64,000 nucleotides of DNA, from assembly GCA_035689115.1 (NCBI GenBank), contig DASSMA010000058.1:2573-66572 (forward strand), read 5' to 3'. The DNA is from Acidimicrobiales bacterium. GTDB taxonomy: Bacteria; Actinomycetota; Acidimicrobiia; Acidimicrobiales; GCA-2861595. Shown here one piece after another: positions 36,693-45,008 of the stretch. The notes beneath the pieces were generated by a model that worked only from the letters and a program-made list of their open reading frames with translations, was not told the origin of the DNA and did no database searches. The translations under genes were made by a program, and so were the position numbers. Each line of letters opens with the position of its first letter. Positions within the stretch are counted from its first letter, which is position 1.

Positions 36693-37586
36693 GTGGAGAC
36701 GGTCCTGAGCAACTTGTACATCGGAGTGACGCTGGCCTCGATCCTGCTGCTGGTCGGGCTCGGGCTGACGTTCACGTTCGGCCAGATGGGCGTCATCAAC
36801 ATGGCCCACGGCGAGTTCATCATGGCCGGCGCCTACGTCCCCTACGTGCTCCAGACGACGCTCTTCGAGCACGCCAGGGGGACGGCCGTCCTCGTCGCCT
36901 TCCCGGTCGCCTTCGTGGTGGCCGGGCTCATGGGAGCGCTGCTCGAGCGGGTGGTCCTGCGCCGGATGCACGGCCGCCCGCTCGACACCCTCCTCGTCAC
37001 CTTCGGGGTGAGCCTCATGCTCCAGCAGCTGGCCAAGGATCTCTTCTCGGCCGAGAACAAGGAGGTGGTGACGCCGACGTGGCTGCGGGGCCAGTGGCAC
37101 CTGGGCGGCGTCACCCTCACCCACACTCGCCTGTTCGTCCTGCTGGTGGTGGTGGCCACGGTCGCCGCCGTGTGGGTCTTCCTGTCCCGGCTGGCCGCCG
37201 GCCGGCGCATGCGGGCCGTCATGCAGAACCGCCAGCTGGCGGCGGTGAGCGGCCTGCCCACCGGGCGGGTCGACACGCTCACGTTCTTCCTGGGGTCGGG
37301 GCTCGCCGGCATCGCCGGCGTGGCCGTCTCCCTGATCGGCTCGATCGGCACCACCACCGGCACCGCCTACGTGCTCAGCGCCTTCCTGGTCGTCATCGTC
37401 GGCGGGCTGGGCAAGCTGCGGGGCGTGGTGCTGGCCGCCCTCTTCCTGGGCGTGATCAACGCCTACGTGGAGCACGCCACCTCGTCCACCATCGGCAAGG
37501 CGGCCGTGTTCGCCTTCGTGATCCTGTTCCTCCAGTTGCGGCCCAACGGCATCGTCACCTTCCAGACGAGAGGTCTGGCTGCGTGA
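36693..37586 (+). CDS. urtB: urea ABC transporter permease
   Basis: GTG start. LivH-type permease with INMAHGEFIMAGAY. Confidence 0.9.
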   Translation: METVLSNLYIGVTLASILLLVGLGLTFTFGQMGVINMAHGEFIMAGAYVPYVLQTTLFEHARGTAVLVAFPVAFVVAGLMGALLERVVLRRMHGRPLDTLLVTFGVSLMLQQLAKDLFSAENKEVVTPTWLRGQWHLGGVTLTHTRLFVLLVVVATVAAVWVFLSRLAAGRRMRAVMQNRQLAAVSGLPTGRVDTLTFFLGSGLAGIAGVAVSLIGSIGTTTGTAYVLSAFLVVIVGGLGKLRGVVLAALFLGVINAYVEHATSSTIGKAAVFAFVILFLQLRPNGIVTFQTRGLAA

Positions 37587-38758
37587 GCGACCTGGAGACG
37601 GCACCCCCGCCCCGCGGCGCGGAACTGTCGCCCGAGCCCGACGTCGTCGACGTACCCGAGGTGGTGCGCCGGCGCCGCACGCCAATGGCGATGCTGGTCC
37701 CGGGCAGCCAGAGCCCGTGGCCGGGCCGGATCGCCTTCGTGGCCTTCGCCGCCGCCCTCTTCGCCCTGCCCGGCGTGCTGGGGCAGTCGAGCGAGGTGCG
37801 GCAGTGGGCCGAGTGGCTCTGCTACGCCATGGTCGCCGTCGGCCTCGACCTGGCCTGGGGCTACGGCGGGATGCTGGCCCTCGGCCAGGGCCTGTTCTTC
37901 GGCCTGGGCGCCTACGCCATGGGCATGCACCTGTCGCTGGAGCAGGTGCCGAAGGGCTCGCTGCCCTCGTTCATGTCCCTGTACAGCGACTACAAGACGC
38001 TTCCGGCGCTGTGGCGGCCGTTCCAGACGTTCTGGATGTCGGCGGCCATCGCCGTGGTGCTGCCCATGCTGATCGCCGGCCTGCTCGGGCTCCTCGTCTT
38101 CAAGCGCCGCATCCGGGGCCCGTACTTCGCCATCCTCACCCAGGCCACGGCCGTGATCTTCGCCCTCGTGCTCATCGGCAACCTGAAGCTCACCGCCGGC
38201 TTCAACGGCCTCACGGGGTTCACCAAGATCTTCGGGCGCAACAAGTACGCGCCCGGCACCGACACCTGGCTGTTCCAGATCGCCGCCGTGGGGCTGCTGG
38301 CCGTGCTGGCGGCGGCCATGAAGATCGTCGGCAGCCGGTACGGCAAGTTGCTCCAGGCCACCCGCGACAGCGAGGACCGGGTCCGGTTCCTCGGCTACGA
38401 CCCGGCGCTGGTGAAGACGGTCGGCTTCGCCGTCGCCGCCGGCATGGCCGGCCTGGCCGGGGCGGTGGCGGCGCCCGTGATCGGCATCGTGTCGCCCGGC
38501 CAGTTCGACTTCCTGCCGTCCATCCTGCTGGTGTGCTGGGTGGCCGTCGGCGGCCGCGGCAAGCTGTGGGGCGCCGTCCTCGGTGCCCTCCTCGTGAACT
38601 GGCTGCGGGTCACGGTGAGCGCCGCCCGGCCCAACGACTGGCAGTACTTCCAGGGCCTGCTGTTCGTGCTGGTGCTGGCGTTCATGCCCGGCGGGCTGGC
38701 CGGGTTCCTCAGGGCCGGCTGGCAGTCCGTCGCCACCCGGCTGGGGAGGGCCTCGTGA
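37583..38758 (+). CDS. urtC: urea ABC transporter permease
   Basis: GTGA overlap with urtB. LivM-type permease with LDLAWGYGGMLALGQGLFFGLGAY. Confidence 0.9.
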   Translation: MSDLETAPPPRGAELSPEPDVVDVPEVVRRRRTPMAMLVPGSQSPWPGRIAFVAFAAALFALPGVLGQSSEVRQWAEWLCYAMVAVGLDLAWGYGGMLALGQGLFFGLGAYAMGMHLSLEQVPKGSLPSFMSLYSDYKTLPALWRPFQTFWMSAAIAVVLPMLIAGLLGLLVFKRRIRGPYFAILTQATAVIFALVLIGNLKLTAGFNGLTGFTKIFGRNKYAPGTDTWLFQIAAVGLLAVLAAAMKIVGSRYGKLLQATRDSEDRVRFLGYDPALVKTVGFAVAAGMAGLAGAVAAPVIGIVSPGQFDFLPSILLVCWVAVGGRGKLWGAVLGALLVNWLRVTVSAARPNDWQYFQGLLFVLVLAFMPGGLAGFLRAGWQSVATRLGRAS

Positions 38759-39552
38759 GCGCGGCGCTCGAGATCAGGGGCCTGTCGGTGGAGTTCGACG
38801 GCTTCCGCGTCCTCGACGGTGTGAACCTGTCGGTCGAGCACGGGGAGCTGCGCTTCCTCATCGGGCCCAACGGCGCCGGCAAGACCACGCTGGTCGACTG
38901 CATCACCGGCCTCACCCACCCCACCGCCGGCGAGGTCGTGTGGGAGGGCCGGTCCCTCGGGCGCATGCCCGAGCACCGCCGGGTCCGCATGGGCATCGGG
39001 CGCAGCTTCCAGACGCCGACGGTCTTCGAGTCGCTCACCGTGCTCGACAACCTCGACCTGGCCGCCTCGTTCCGGCGCCCGCCGCTCACGATGTTCCTGC
39101 GCCGTCGCGGCGTCCCGGCGGCGGTGGCGGCCACCCTCGAGCGCATCGGCCTCGAATCGGTCGCCGGCCGGCCGGCGGGCGCCCTGAGCCACGGCCAGAA
39201 GCAGTGGCTGGAGATCGGGATGCTGCTGGTGCAGGAGCCGCGGCTGCTGCTGCTCGACGAGCCGGTGGCCGGCATGAGCCCCCAGGAGCGCCTCGACACC
39301 GGCGCGCTCCTGAAGGAGCTGGCCGGCGACCACACCGTGCTGGTCATCGAGCACGACATGGCGTTCCTTCGCCGCTTCGCCGACACCGTCACCGTCCTGC
39401 ACCTGGGCCGGGTCGTGTCGGAGGGCACGGTGGAGCACGTCCAGTCCGACCCCGTGGTGCGGGAGGTCTACCTGGGTCGCTCCCGCGACGAGCGCTCCGG
39501 CGCCGCCCCCGCCCTCGAGGCGGCCGCCCTCGGTCTCGGGGAGGAAGCGTGA
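38755..39552 (+). CDS. urtD: urea ABC transporter ATP-binding protein
   Basis: GTGA overlap with urtC. Walker A: GPNGAGKTT. Signature: LSHGQKQWLEI. Walker B: LLLLDEP. Confidence 0.9.
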   Translation: MSAALEIRGLSVEFDGFRVLDGVNLSVEHGELRFLIGPNGAGKTTLVDCITGLTHPTAGEVVWEGRSLGRMPEHRRVRMGIGRSFQTPTVFESLTVLDNLDLAASFRRPPLTMFLRRRGVPAAVAATLERIGLESVAGRPAGALSHGQKQWLEIGMLLVQEPRLLLLDEPVAGMSPQERLDTGALLKELAGDHTVLVIEHDMAFLRRFADTVTVLHLGRVVSEGTVEHVQSDPVVREVYLGRSRDERSGAAPALEAAALGLGEEA

Positions 39553-39670
39553 GAATCGCCTCGCAGGCGGAGCTTGCTCGGCGAGCCGGATCGGCGGCTC
39601 CTTTCGGGGGGCTGCGCCCCCCGCACCCCCCAGTGCCGCCAGCCACGGGGGCCGCCTACGGCGGCGCGGG
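39553..39670 (+). repeat. GC-rich interspersed element, family C, copy 1
   Basis: tcgcctcgcaggcggagcttgctcgg...ggggggctgcgccccccgcaccccccagtgccgccagccacgggggccgcctacggcgg. I estimate roughly 85% identity to the copy at 51299-51393 over the core. Confidence 0.8.
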
Positions 39671-39718
39671 CCGGCCGGCGGCGGTGCCCGTCGGTCTCAG
39701 ATCGCTTGGCGAAGGGCG

Positions 39719-40423
39719 GTGGAAGGCGTGAACCTCGAACTCGACAGCGTGCGGATCGCCTACGGCCGGGCCGAGGTGGTGTTCGGCGTGTCGCTCGACG
39801 TGCCCGACCGCAGCTTCACCTGCCTCATGGGCCGCAACGGGGTGGGCAAGACCACGCTGCTCAACGGGGTGATGGGCATCCTCCCGCTGAAGGCGGGCGC
39901 CGTCCGCCTCGACGGCCGCGACATCACCCGGCTGGGCGCCCCCCAGCGGGCCCGGGCCGGGATCGGCTACGTGCCCCAGGGCCACCAGGTGTTCCCGTAC
40001 CTCACGGCCGCCGAGAACCTGGCCGTCGTCCTGGAGCGCCACGGCCGGCCGGCCAAGGGCGCCCTGGACGACGCCCTCGACCTGTTCCCCGCCCTCCGCC
40101 CCCTGCTCGACCGCCCCGCCGGCCTGCTGTCGGGCGGCCAGGCCCAGCAGCTGGCCATCGCCCGGGCCCTGGTGGCCCGTCCGTCGCTGCTGGTCCTGGA
40201 CGAGCCCACCGAGGGCATCCAGCCGTCGATCATCGTGGAGATCGAGGAGGCCATCGCCGAGCTGCACGCCTCGGGCCTCACCATCCTGCTGGTGGAGCAG
40301 TACGTGGAGTTCGCCCTCCGCCTGGCCCACCGGTTCGCGGTGATGGACGGCGGCATGCTGGTCCACGCCGGGGACACCGCCGGCGTGGACCCCGGGACCC
40401 TGGCCCAGCTTCTCGCCGTGTAG
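39719..40423 (+). CDS. urtE: urea ABC transporter ATP-binding protein
   Basis: Walker A: GRNGVGKTT. Signature: LSGGQAQQLAI. Walker B: LLVLDEP. Candidate starts are GTG at 39719 or GTG at 39728. Confidence 0.9.
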   Translation: MEGVNLELDSVRIAYGRAEVVFGVSLDVPDRSFTCLMGRNGVGKTTLLNGVMGILPLKAGAVRLDGRDITRLGAPQRARAGIGYVPQGHQVFPYLTAAENLAVVLERHGRPAKGALDDALDLFPALRPLLDRPAGLLSGGQAQQLAIARALVARPSLLVLDEPTEGIQPSIIVEIEEAIAELHASGLTILLVEQYVEFALRLAHRFAVMDGGMLVHAGDTAGVDPGTLAQLLAV

Positions 40424-40427
40424 GTTG

Positions 40428-40472
40428 CGCCTCGCAAGCGCCGGCGGCGCTCAGGCCGCCGCCGGCGAGGCG
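40428..40472. terminator. long imperfect GC hairpin between convergent urtE and the YCII gene; its 5' end matches the head of family C
   Basis: cgcctcgc...gcgaggcg outer stem with an internal ccggcggcg/cgccgccgg-like stem. There is no U-tract. The head motif gcgcctcgcaagcg equals the start of elements C1 and C2. Confidence 0.3.
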
Positions 40473-40479
40473 AAACCCC

Positions 40480-40833
40480 CTACGCCCCCTCGGTGGGCCG
40501 GAGCTCGACGGGGCCCTCGCAGGCGAGGGCCGCCTTGGACGCCCAGTCGAGGGCGACCTCCCGGTCGGCGGCCTCGATGATCCAGAAGCCGCCCATCTGC
40601 TCCTTGGTCTCGGCGAAGGGCCCGTCGGTCATGGCGATGTCGGCGCCGGTCGCCCGCACGACCGTGGCCGTGGAGGCCGGGCGGAGGCCGGTGCCGAACA
40701 CCCAGGCCCCCGCCCGCTCGAGGGTGCCGTTGAAATCGCTCACCTGGGCCATGCGGCGCTGCATGTCCGGCGAGTTGAAGTCGAGGTCGTCGTAGGGCTC
40801 GGCGTGCCAGACCGACAGCAGGTACTGGGGCAT
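40480..40833 (-). CDS. YCII-related (DGPF) domain protein
   Basis: ATG at 40833 follows GAAGGAG. Motif: MPQYLLSVWH...DGPFAETKEQMGGFWIIEA. Confidence 0.8.
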   Translation of the reverse strand: MPQYLLSVWHAEPYDDLDFNSPDMQRRMAQVSDFNGTLERAGAWVFGTGLRPASTATVVRATGADIAMTDGPFAETKEQMGGFWIIEAADREVALDWASKAALACEGPVELRPTEGA

Positions 40834-40846
40834 CGGGGGTTCTCCT

Positions 40847-41269
40847 TCAGTCGCGGGCGTGGCGGATGAGGACGGGGACGACGAGGGCGGCCGCCAGCAG
40901 GTGCAGGGTGACCAGCCACAGCTTGGTCGCGACGTCGTCGGGCCAGGCGACGGCGGGCAGGCACGACAGGGCGGTGAGGGCCACCGTGGCGGTGACGAAC
41001 CGGCGCCGGGGCGAGGCGCTCCGGCGGTCGAGCACGGCGACGAGCACGCCGCCGATGACGGCACCGGCGAAGGTCAGCTGGGCGAACCCGGCCAGCGGGA
41101 TCATCTCGCCGCCGACGGCGAACGAGACGCCGGCGGCGTGGAGGGCGGCGGCGGCGGCGGTGACGACGCCGGCCGATCGGAGGCCGGCGACGAGCGTGGT
41201 GCGCCGCAGCGAGCCGGCGGGACGGGCGGCGGTGGTCGGAGCGGTGAGGGCGGTGGTGGTGACGGACAT
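40847..41269 (-). CDS. four-helix membrane protein (DUF6069-like)
   Basis: 140 aa with hydrophobic helices. It lies adjacent to the YCII gene, as is common in actinobacteria. Confidence 0.55.
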   Translation of the reverse strand: MSVTTTALTAPTTAARPAGSLRRTTLVAGLRSAGVVTAAAAALHAAGVSFAVGGEMIPLAGFAQLTFAGAVIGGVLVAVLDRRSASPRRRFVTATVALTALSCLPAVAWPDDVATKLWLVTLHLLAAALVVPVLIRHARD

Positions 41270-41372
41270 CGGGGGCTCCCTTCGGGCCGGCGGCGCCCGG
41301 TGCGCCGCTCACCCAGGACGACGAACGGGACCGCCCCCGATCGACACCTGCGGCTCAGAAATCCCCCGCCGA

Positions 41373-41417
41373 CTGGCATGCGGATCGCGGGGAATCTGAC
41401 GGCGATCTGCATGCCAG
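41373..41417. promoter_or_regulatory. 16 bp-arm inverted repeat in the divergent intergenic region
   Basis: ctggcatgcggatcgc-n13-gcgatctgcatgccag, with 15 of 16 positions complementary. Confidence 0.4.
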
Positions 41418-41566
41418 TGGTGGTGACCGCTGCCGGCCGGCCCCGGAAGAGGCCCCGGAACCCCTGATTCCCCCGGTTGCCCACAGGTTTCGGGGGTGGC
41501 GGTCCACAGGGCGCCTTGCGTATCGTCGCGGGTGGCGGAGGTTGGGGCGTGCTCGGAGGCGATCGG

Positions 41567-41917
41567 ATGAAGGCTGGTTCCCGCACACGCGGCCCTGTCG
41601 GGCCGGCGGCGCCCACCTGCCGGCAGGTCATCGAGGAGGCGGCGGCCGTCTTCGGTGTCACCACCGACGAGTTGTGCGGCCACGGCCTCAGCGGGCGGGT
41701 CATCGCCGCCCGCCAGACGGCCATGTACGTGTGCCACCTCCTGGTCGACGAGCCCCTGCGGGCCATCGGGCGCAGCTTCGGCGGCCGCGACGACGCCACC
41801 GTGCTGGCCGCCGCCAGGCGCGTCGACCGGCTGATGGCCGAGCGCCCGGCCATCCGCGGCAAGGTGGCCGAGCTCACCAACCGCCTCGGGCGCGTCCACG
41901 GGAGGCGGGCCGGGTAG
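41567..41917 (+). CDS. stand-alone DnaA domain IV-like helix-turn-helix protein
   Basis: ATG at 41567. VIEEAAAVFGVTTDELCGHGLSGRVIAARQTAMYVCHLLVDEPLRAIGRSFGGRDDATVLAAARRV resembles the Bac_DnaA_C DNA-binding domain. There is no AAA+ domain. Confidence 0.6.
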   Translation: MKAGSRTRGPVGPAAPTCRQVIEEAAAVFGVTTDELCGHGLSGRVIAARQTAMYVCHLLVDEPLRAIGRSFGGRDDATVLAAARRVDRLMAERPAIRGKVAELTNRLGRVHGRRAG

Positions 41918-41926
41918 GGTCGGGGT

Positions 41927-42496
41927 GTGGCAGCCCAGGCGTCCTTCGTCGATCAGGCGATGGAGCACATGGGCTCGCTGTACGGGGCGGCGCTGCGGAT
42001 GACCCGCAACCCGGCCGACGCCGAGGACCTCCTCCAGGAGACCTACCTCAAGGCCTACCGCTCCTTCGACACGTTCCAGGAGGGCACCAACCTCAAGGCG
42101 TGGCTGTACCGCATCCTCACCAACACCTTCATCAACAGCTACCGGGCCAAGAAGCGGCGCCCGGAGCAGACCGATGTCGACGACGTAGAGGATCTCTACC
42201 TGTACCATCGACTCGGCGGACTGGAAGCGGCTACCGCCGGCCGCAGCGCCGAGGAGACGGTTCTTGAGCGCTTCACCGACGAGGACGTGAAGACCGCCCT
42301 TGAGGCCCTGCCCGAGCAATTCCGGCTGGCCGTCCTCCTCGCCGACGTCGAAGGCTTCTCCTACAAGGAGATCGCAGAAATGACCGACGTCCCCATCGGC
42401 ACCGTGATGAGCCGTCTCCACCGGGGAAGAAGGGCGCTCCAGAAGGCGTTGTTCGATTTCGGTATGGAACGGGGTCTCACCGGAGGACGTGGCTGA
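41927..42496 (+). CDS. sigH: ECF sigma factor of the SigH/SigR type
   Basis: Region 2: [29 protein letters not shown]. Region 4: [25 protein letters not shown]. It is followed by a ZAS anti-sigma gene. Confidence 0.9.
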   Translation: MAAQASFVDQAMEHMGSLYGAALRMTRNPADAEDLLQETYLKAYRSFDTFQEGTNLKAWLYRILTNTFINSYRAKKRRPEQTDVDDVEDLYLYHRLGGLEAATAGRSAEETVLERFTDEDVKTALEALPEQFRLAVLLADVEGFSYKEIAEMTDVPIGTVMSRLHRGRRALQKALFDFGMERGLTGGRG

Positions 42497-42777
42497 TGCC
42501 GTTCTCGGACCACGAACGGTGCGCCGACGCCGTCGGCTGGCTCTACCAGTTCCTCGACGGCCAACTCGACGAGGTGCGCGCCACCGACATCCAGCGCCAT
42601 CTCGACGAGTGCCTCCCCTGCCTGGAGGCGTTCGACTTCGAGGCCGAGCTGCGCCAGGTGGTCGCCCGCCGCTGCCGCGAGGGCGTCCCCGAGACCGTCC
42701 GCCTGCGCATCATCGGGGCCATCCAGGCCGAGTACCGCTCCGTAGACGGCATGGAGGGAATGTCTCCCTCCCACTGA
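42496..42777 (+). CDS. rsrA: zinc-binding anti-sigma factor (RsrA/RshA type)
   Basis: TGATG overlap with sigH. HxxxCxxC motif: QRHLDECLPCLEAF, plus an N-terminal Cys. Confidence 0.85.
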   Translation: MPFSDHERCADAVGWLYQFLDGQLDEVRATDIQRHLDECLPCLEAFDFEAELRQVVARRCREGVPETVRLRIIGAIQAEYRSVDGMEGMSPSH

Positions 42778-42790
42778 CTGTTGCGGATGG

Positions 42791-42985
42791 ATGATGGTGA
42801 GCGAACGTTCTGTCCAGGGAACGCCGTTTCGAGGCGCCGACCGGCCCTCGAAGTCGTTCGGCAAGGGTCGTGTCTGCAAGGAGCCCGGGTGCAAGACCCG
42901 GCTGTCCATGTACAACAGCGGCAAGTTCTGCTACGAGCACGAGCCGATGACCATCCCGCGCACCCGCGGCAAGAAGATCGCCTGA
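42791..42985 (+). CDS. small basic zinc-ribbon-like protein
   Basis: 64 aa. Motif: GRVCKEPGCKTRLSMYNSGKFCYEHE (CxxxxC...CxxH). Confidence 0.5.
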   Translation: MMVSERSVQGTPFRGADRPSKSFGKGRVCKEPGCKTRLSMYNSGKFCYEHEPMTIPRTRGKKIA

Positions 42986-42997
42986 CGGTGCGCCCCG

Positions 42998-43023
42998 GCG
43001 CCCGGGAGGCTGGCCCCGGGTGC
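42998..43023 (+). terminator. GC hairpin after the small zinc-ribbon gene (weak terminator candidate)
   Basis: gcgcccggg-n8-cccgggtgc, with 8 of 9 positions complementary. There is no U-tract. Confidence 0.25.
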
Positions 43024-43037
43024 CCTACGATCGGGAG

Positions 43038-43175
43038 ATGCACCTCATCGCCGCCGCCAAGGTGTGGCACTACTGGATCGGCATCTTCATCCTCATCCCG
43101 GCGCTGCTGGCCGTGGTCTTCACGATCGTGGGGTACGTGGTGAAGGTGTCGAGCAAGAAGTACCCGCGGGCCTGA
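43038..43175 (+). CDS. 45-aa single-TM mini-protein (tentative)
   Basis: My own translation: MHLIAAAKVWHYWIGIFILIPALLAVVFTIVGYVVKVSSKKYPRA. The stop lies 2 nt before the next ATG. It is below the ORF-track length cutoff. Confidence 0.35.
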   Translation: MHLIAAAKVWHYWIGIFILIPALLAVVFTIVGYVVKVSSKKYPRA

Positions 43176-43177
43176 CG

Positions 43178-44254
43178 ATGCCGTCGGTCGAGGCGATCTC
43201 GTGGAGCCTGGCCGAGCGCGTCGCCGTCCGGGTGGCCGGCTACGAGCCGCTGGCCGACTCGTACCACTACGCCTCGCTGGCCCCCGACTTCGAGGAGCTC
43301 ACCGCCGAGGCCGAGGAGTTGGTCGAGGCGGCCACCGGCCTGCGCTCGGCCGCCGGCCCGGCCCGGGCCCGCGTCACCGACCGGGCGGGGTGGGTCCACG
43401 CCAACATCGCCTCGTTCCAGCGCCTGCTGCGGCCCCTCACCGACAAGGTGGGGGCTCGCCTCGAGTCGAGCCCGATGGCGCCGGTCAGCCGGGCCGTCAC
43501 CGGCGCCCAGCTCGGCACCATGCTCGGCTGGATGGCCAGCCGGGTCCTCGGCCAGTACGACCTCCTGCTCATCGAGGAGGAGCGGCCCGAGGACCAGGAC
43601 ATCGTCTACTACGTGGGGCCCAACATCATCGGCCTGGAGAAGCGCTTCGGCTTCCCGCCCCGCGAGTTCCGGCTGTGGCTGGCCCTCCACGAGGTCACCC
43701 ACCGGATGCAGTTCACCGGCGTGCCGTGGCTGCGGCCGCATTTCCTGTCCCTCGTGGAGGGGTGCCTGGAGGGTGTCGACCCCGACCCCAGGCGGCTCAC
43801 CGAGGCGCTGCGCCGGGCGGTCGACGAGATGAAGGCGGGCCGTAACCCCCTCAACGACGGCGGCCTGGTGGCCCTGCTGGCCGGGCCGGAGCAGAAGGCG
43901 ATGCTCGACCGCGTGGGCGGGCTCATGAGCCTGCTGGAGGGCCACGGCGACGTCACGATGGACCGGGCCGGCGCCGGCCGCATCCCGAGCGCCCAGCGCT
44001 TCGGCGCCGTGCTGCGCCAGCGCCGGGCCGACGCCCGAGGGGCGTCCCGGCTGCTGCGGCAGCTCATCGGCCTCGAGGCCAAGCTGAAGCAGTACGAGCT
44101 GGGCGAGCGCTTCATCGAGACGGTGGAGGCACGCGGCGGCGACCTGCTCGACCACGTCTGGCGCGGTCCCGAGTGGCTGCCCGACCTGGCGGAGATCCGC
44201 GAGCCGCAGGCGTGGGTCGACCGGGTGCAGTCCGGAGCCGGCGCGGGGAGGTAG
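43178..44254 (+). CDS. zinc-dependent metalloprotease (DUF2342 / F420-biosynthesis-associated hydrolase family)
   Basis: ATG at 43178. HExxH motif in LWLALHEVTHRMQF. Conserved LLEGHGDVTMD. Confidence 0.8.
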   Translation: MPSVEAISWSLAERVAVRVAGYEPLADSYHYASLAPDFEELTAEAEELVEAATGLRSAAGPARARVTDRAGWVHANIASFQRLLRPLTDKVGARLESSPMAPVSRAVTGAQLGTMLGWMASRVLGQYDLLLIEEERPEDQDIVYYVGPNIIGLEKRFGFPPREFRLWLALHEVTHRMQFTGVPWLRPHFLSLVEGCLEGVDPDPRRLTEALRRAVDEMKAGRNPLNDGGLVALLAGPEQKAMLDRVGGLMSLLEGHGDVTMDRAGAGRIPSAQRFGAVLRQRRADARGASRLLRQLIGLEAKLKQYELGERFIETVEARGGDLLDHVWRGPEWLPDLAEIREPQAWVDRVQSGAGAGR

Positions 44255-44258
44255 CGGC

Positions 44259-45008
44259 ATGGCGCTGGTCCTTGTCGTCGACGACGAGGCCGACATCCGG
44301 CGGCTGGTGCGCTTCACCCTGGAGCTCGACGGTCACACCGTCCTGGAGGCCCTCGACGGCGTCGACGCCCTGCGGGCCCTCGACGACGCCCGGCCCGACC
44401 TGATCGTGCTCGACCTCACCATGCCCCGGCTCGACGGCTGGGACCTGCTGGTCCAGCTCAAGGCGAAGGGCGGCGACCGGGCCGCCGTGCCCGTGATCCT
44501 CCTCACCGCCCTGGAGGGCGACACCGAGCGCATCCGGGCCGGCATCGAGGGCGCCGTGCGGTACCTCACCAAACCGTTCGACGCCGACGGCCTGCGGGCG
44601 GAGGTGGCCCGGGCCCTGGCCGAGCCCGAGCGGGAGCAGCGGCGGCGGGCGGCCGGCGAGGCGCTGGAGCGGCTGGCCGCCCTCGAGCGGGGGGACACGC
44701 CCACCACGGGCGGCGAGCGGCCGGCCCGGCCCCGCCTCAGCCGTCTCGGCCCGCCGGCCGAGCGGCCCACCCACCGCCCCGCGCCCCGGCTGGCCCGGGA
44801 GGCGGTGGCCGACCTGTCGCCCCGCCAGCGCGAGCTGCTGGAGGCGGTGGCGTCCACCCCCACGGTGCTGGAGGCGGCCGAGCAGCTCGGTGTCAGCCGC
44901 TCCAACGTCTACGCCAGCCTGCGGCGCATCGCCCGGCGGCTCCACGTGGCCTCGGTGCCCGACCTGGTCACGCTCGCCCGCGAGGGGGTCGGCGACGACG
45001 CCGCCTGA
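44259..45008 (+). CDS. response regulator with a C-terminal HTH
   Basis: Motifs: LVVDDEADIRR, LIVLDLTMPRLDG, YLTKPF, and a C-terminal LSPRQRELLEAV...LGVSRSNVYASLRRI. Confidence 0.85.
   Translation: MALVLVVDDEADIRRLVRFTLELDGHTVLEALDGVDALRALDDARPDLIVLDLTMPRLDGWDLLVQLKAKGGDRAAVPVILLTALEGDTERIRAGIEGAVRYLTKPFDADGLRAEVARALAEPEREQRRRAAGEALERLAALERGDTPTTGGERPARPRLSRLGPPAERPTHRPAPRLAREAVADLSPRQRELLEAVASTPTVLEAAEQLGVSRSNVYASLRRIARRLHVASVPDLVTLAREGVGDDAA

Noticed and set aside
39549-39731. The urtD-urtE bridge ORF as a genuine conserved protein gene.
   Set aside because: The paralogous repeat copy at 51299 is read in different frames because of 13 nt and 1 nt indels. The sequence is therefore conserved as nucleotides and not as protein. 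The peptide is low-complexity Pro/Gly/Ala.
41457-41478. Possible SigH/SigR-type promoter GGAAC...GTT upstream of the DnaA-IV/sigH genes.
   Set aside because: The spacer is only 14 nt, whereas the SigR/SigH consensus needs about 16 to 18 nt. A second GGAAT at 41391 has no GTT at the right distance.
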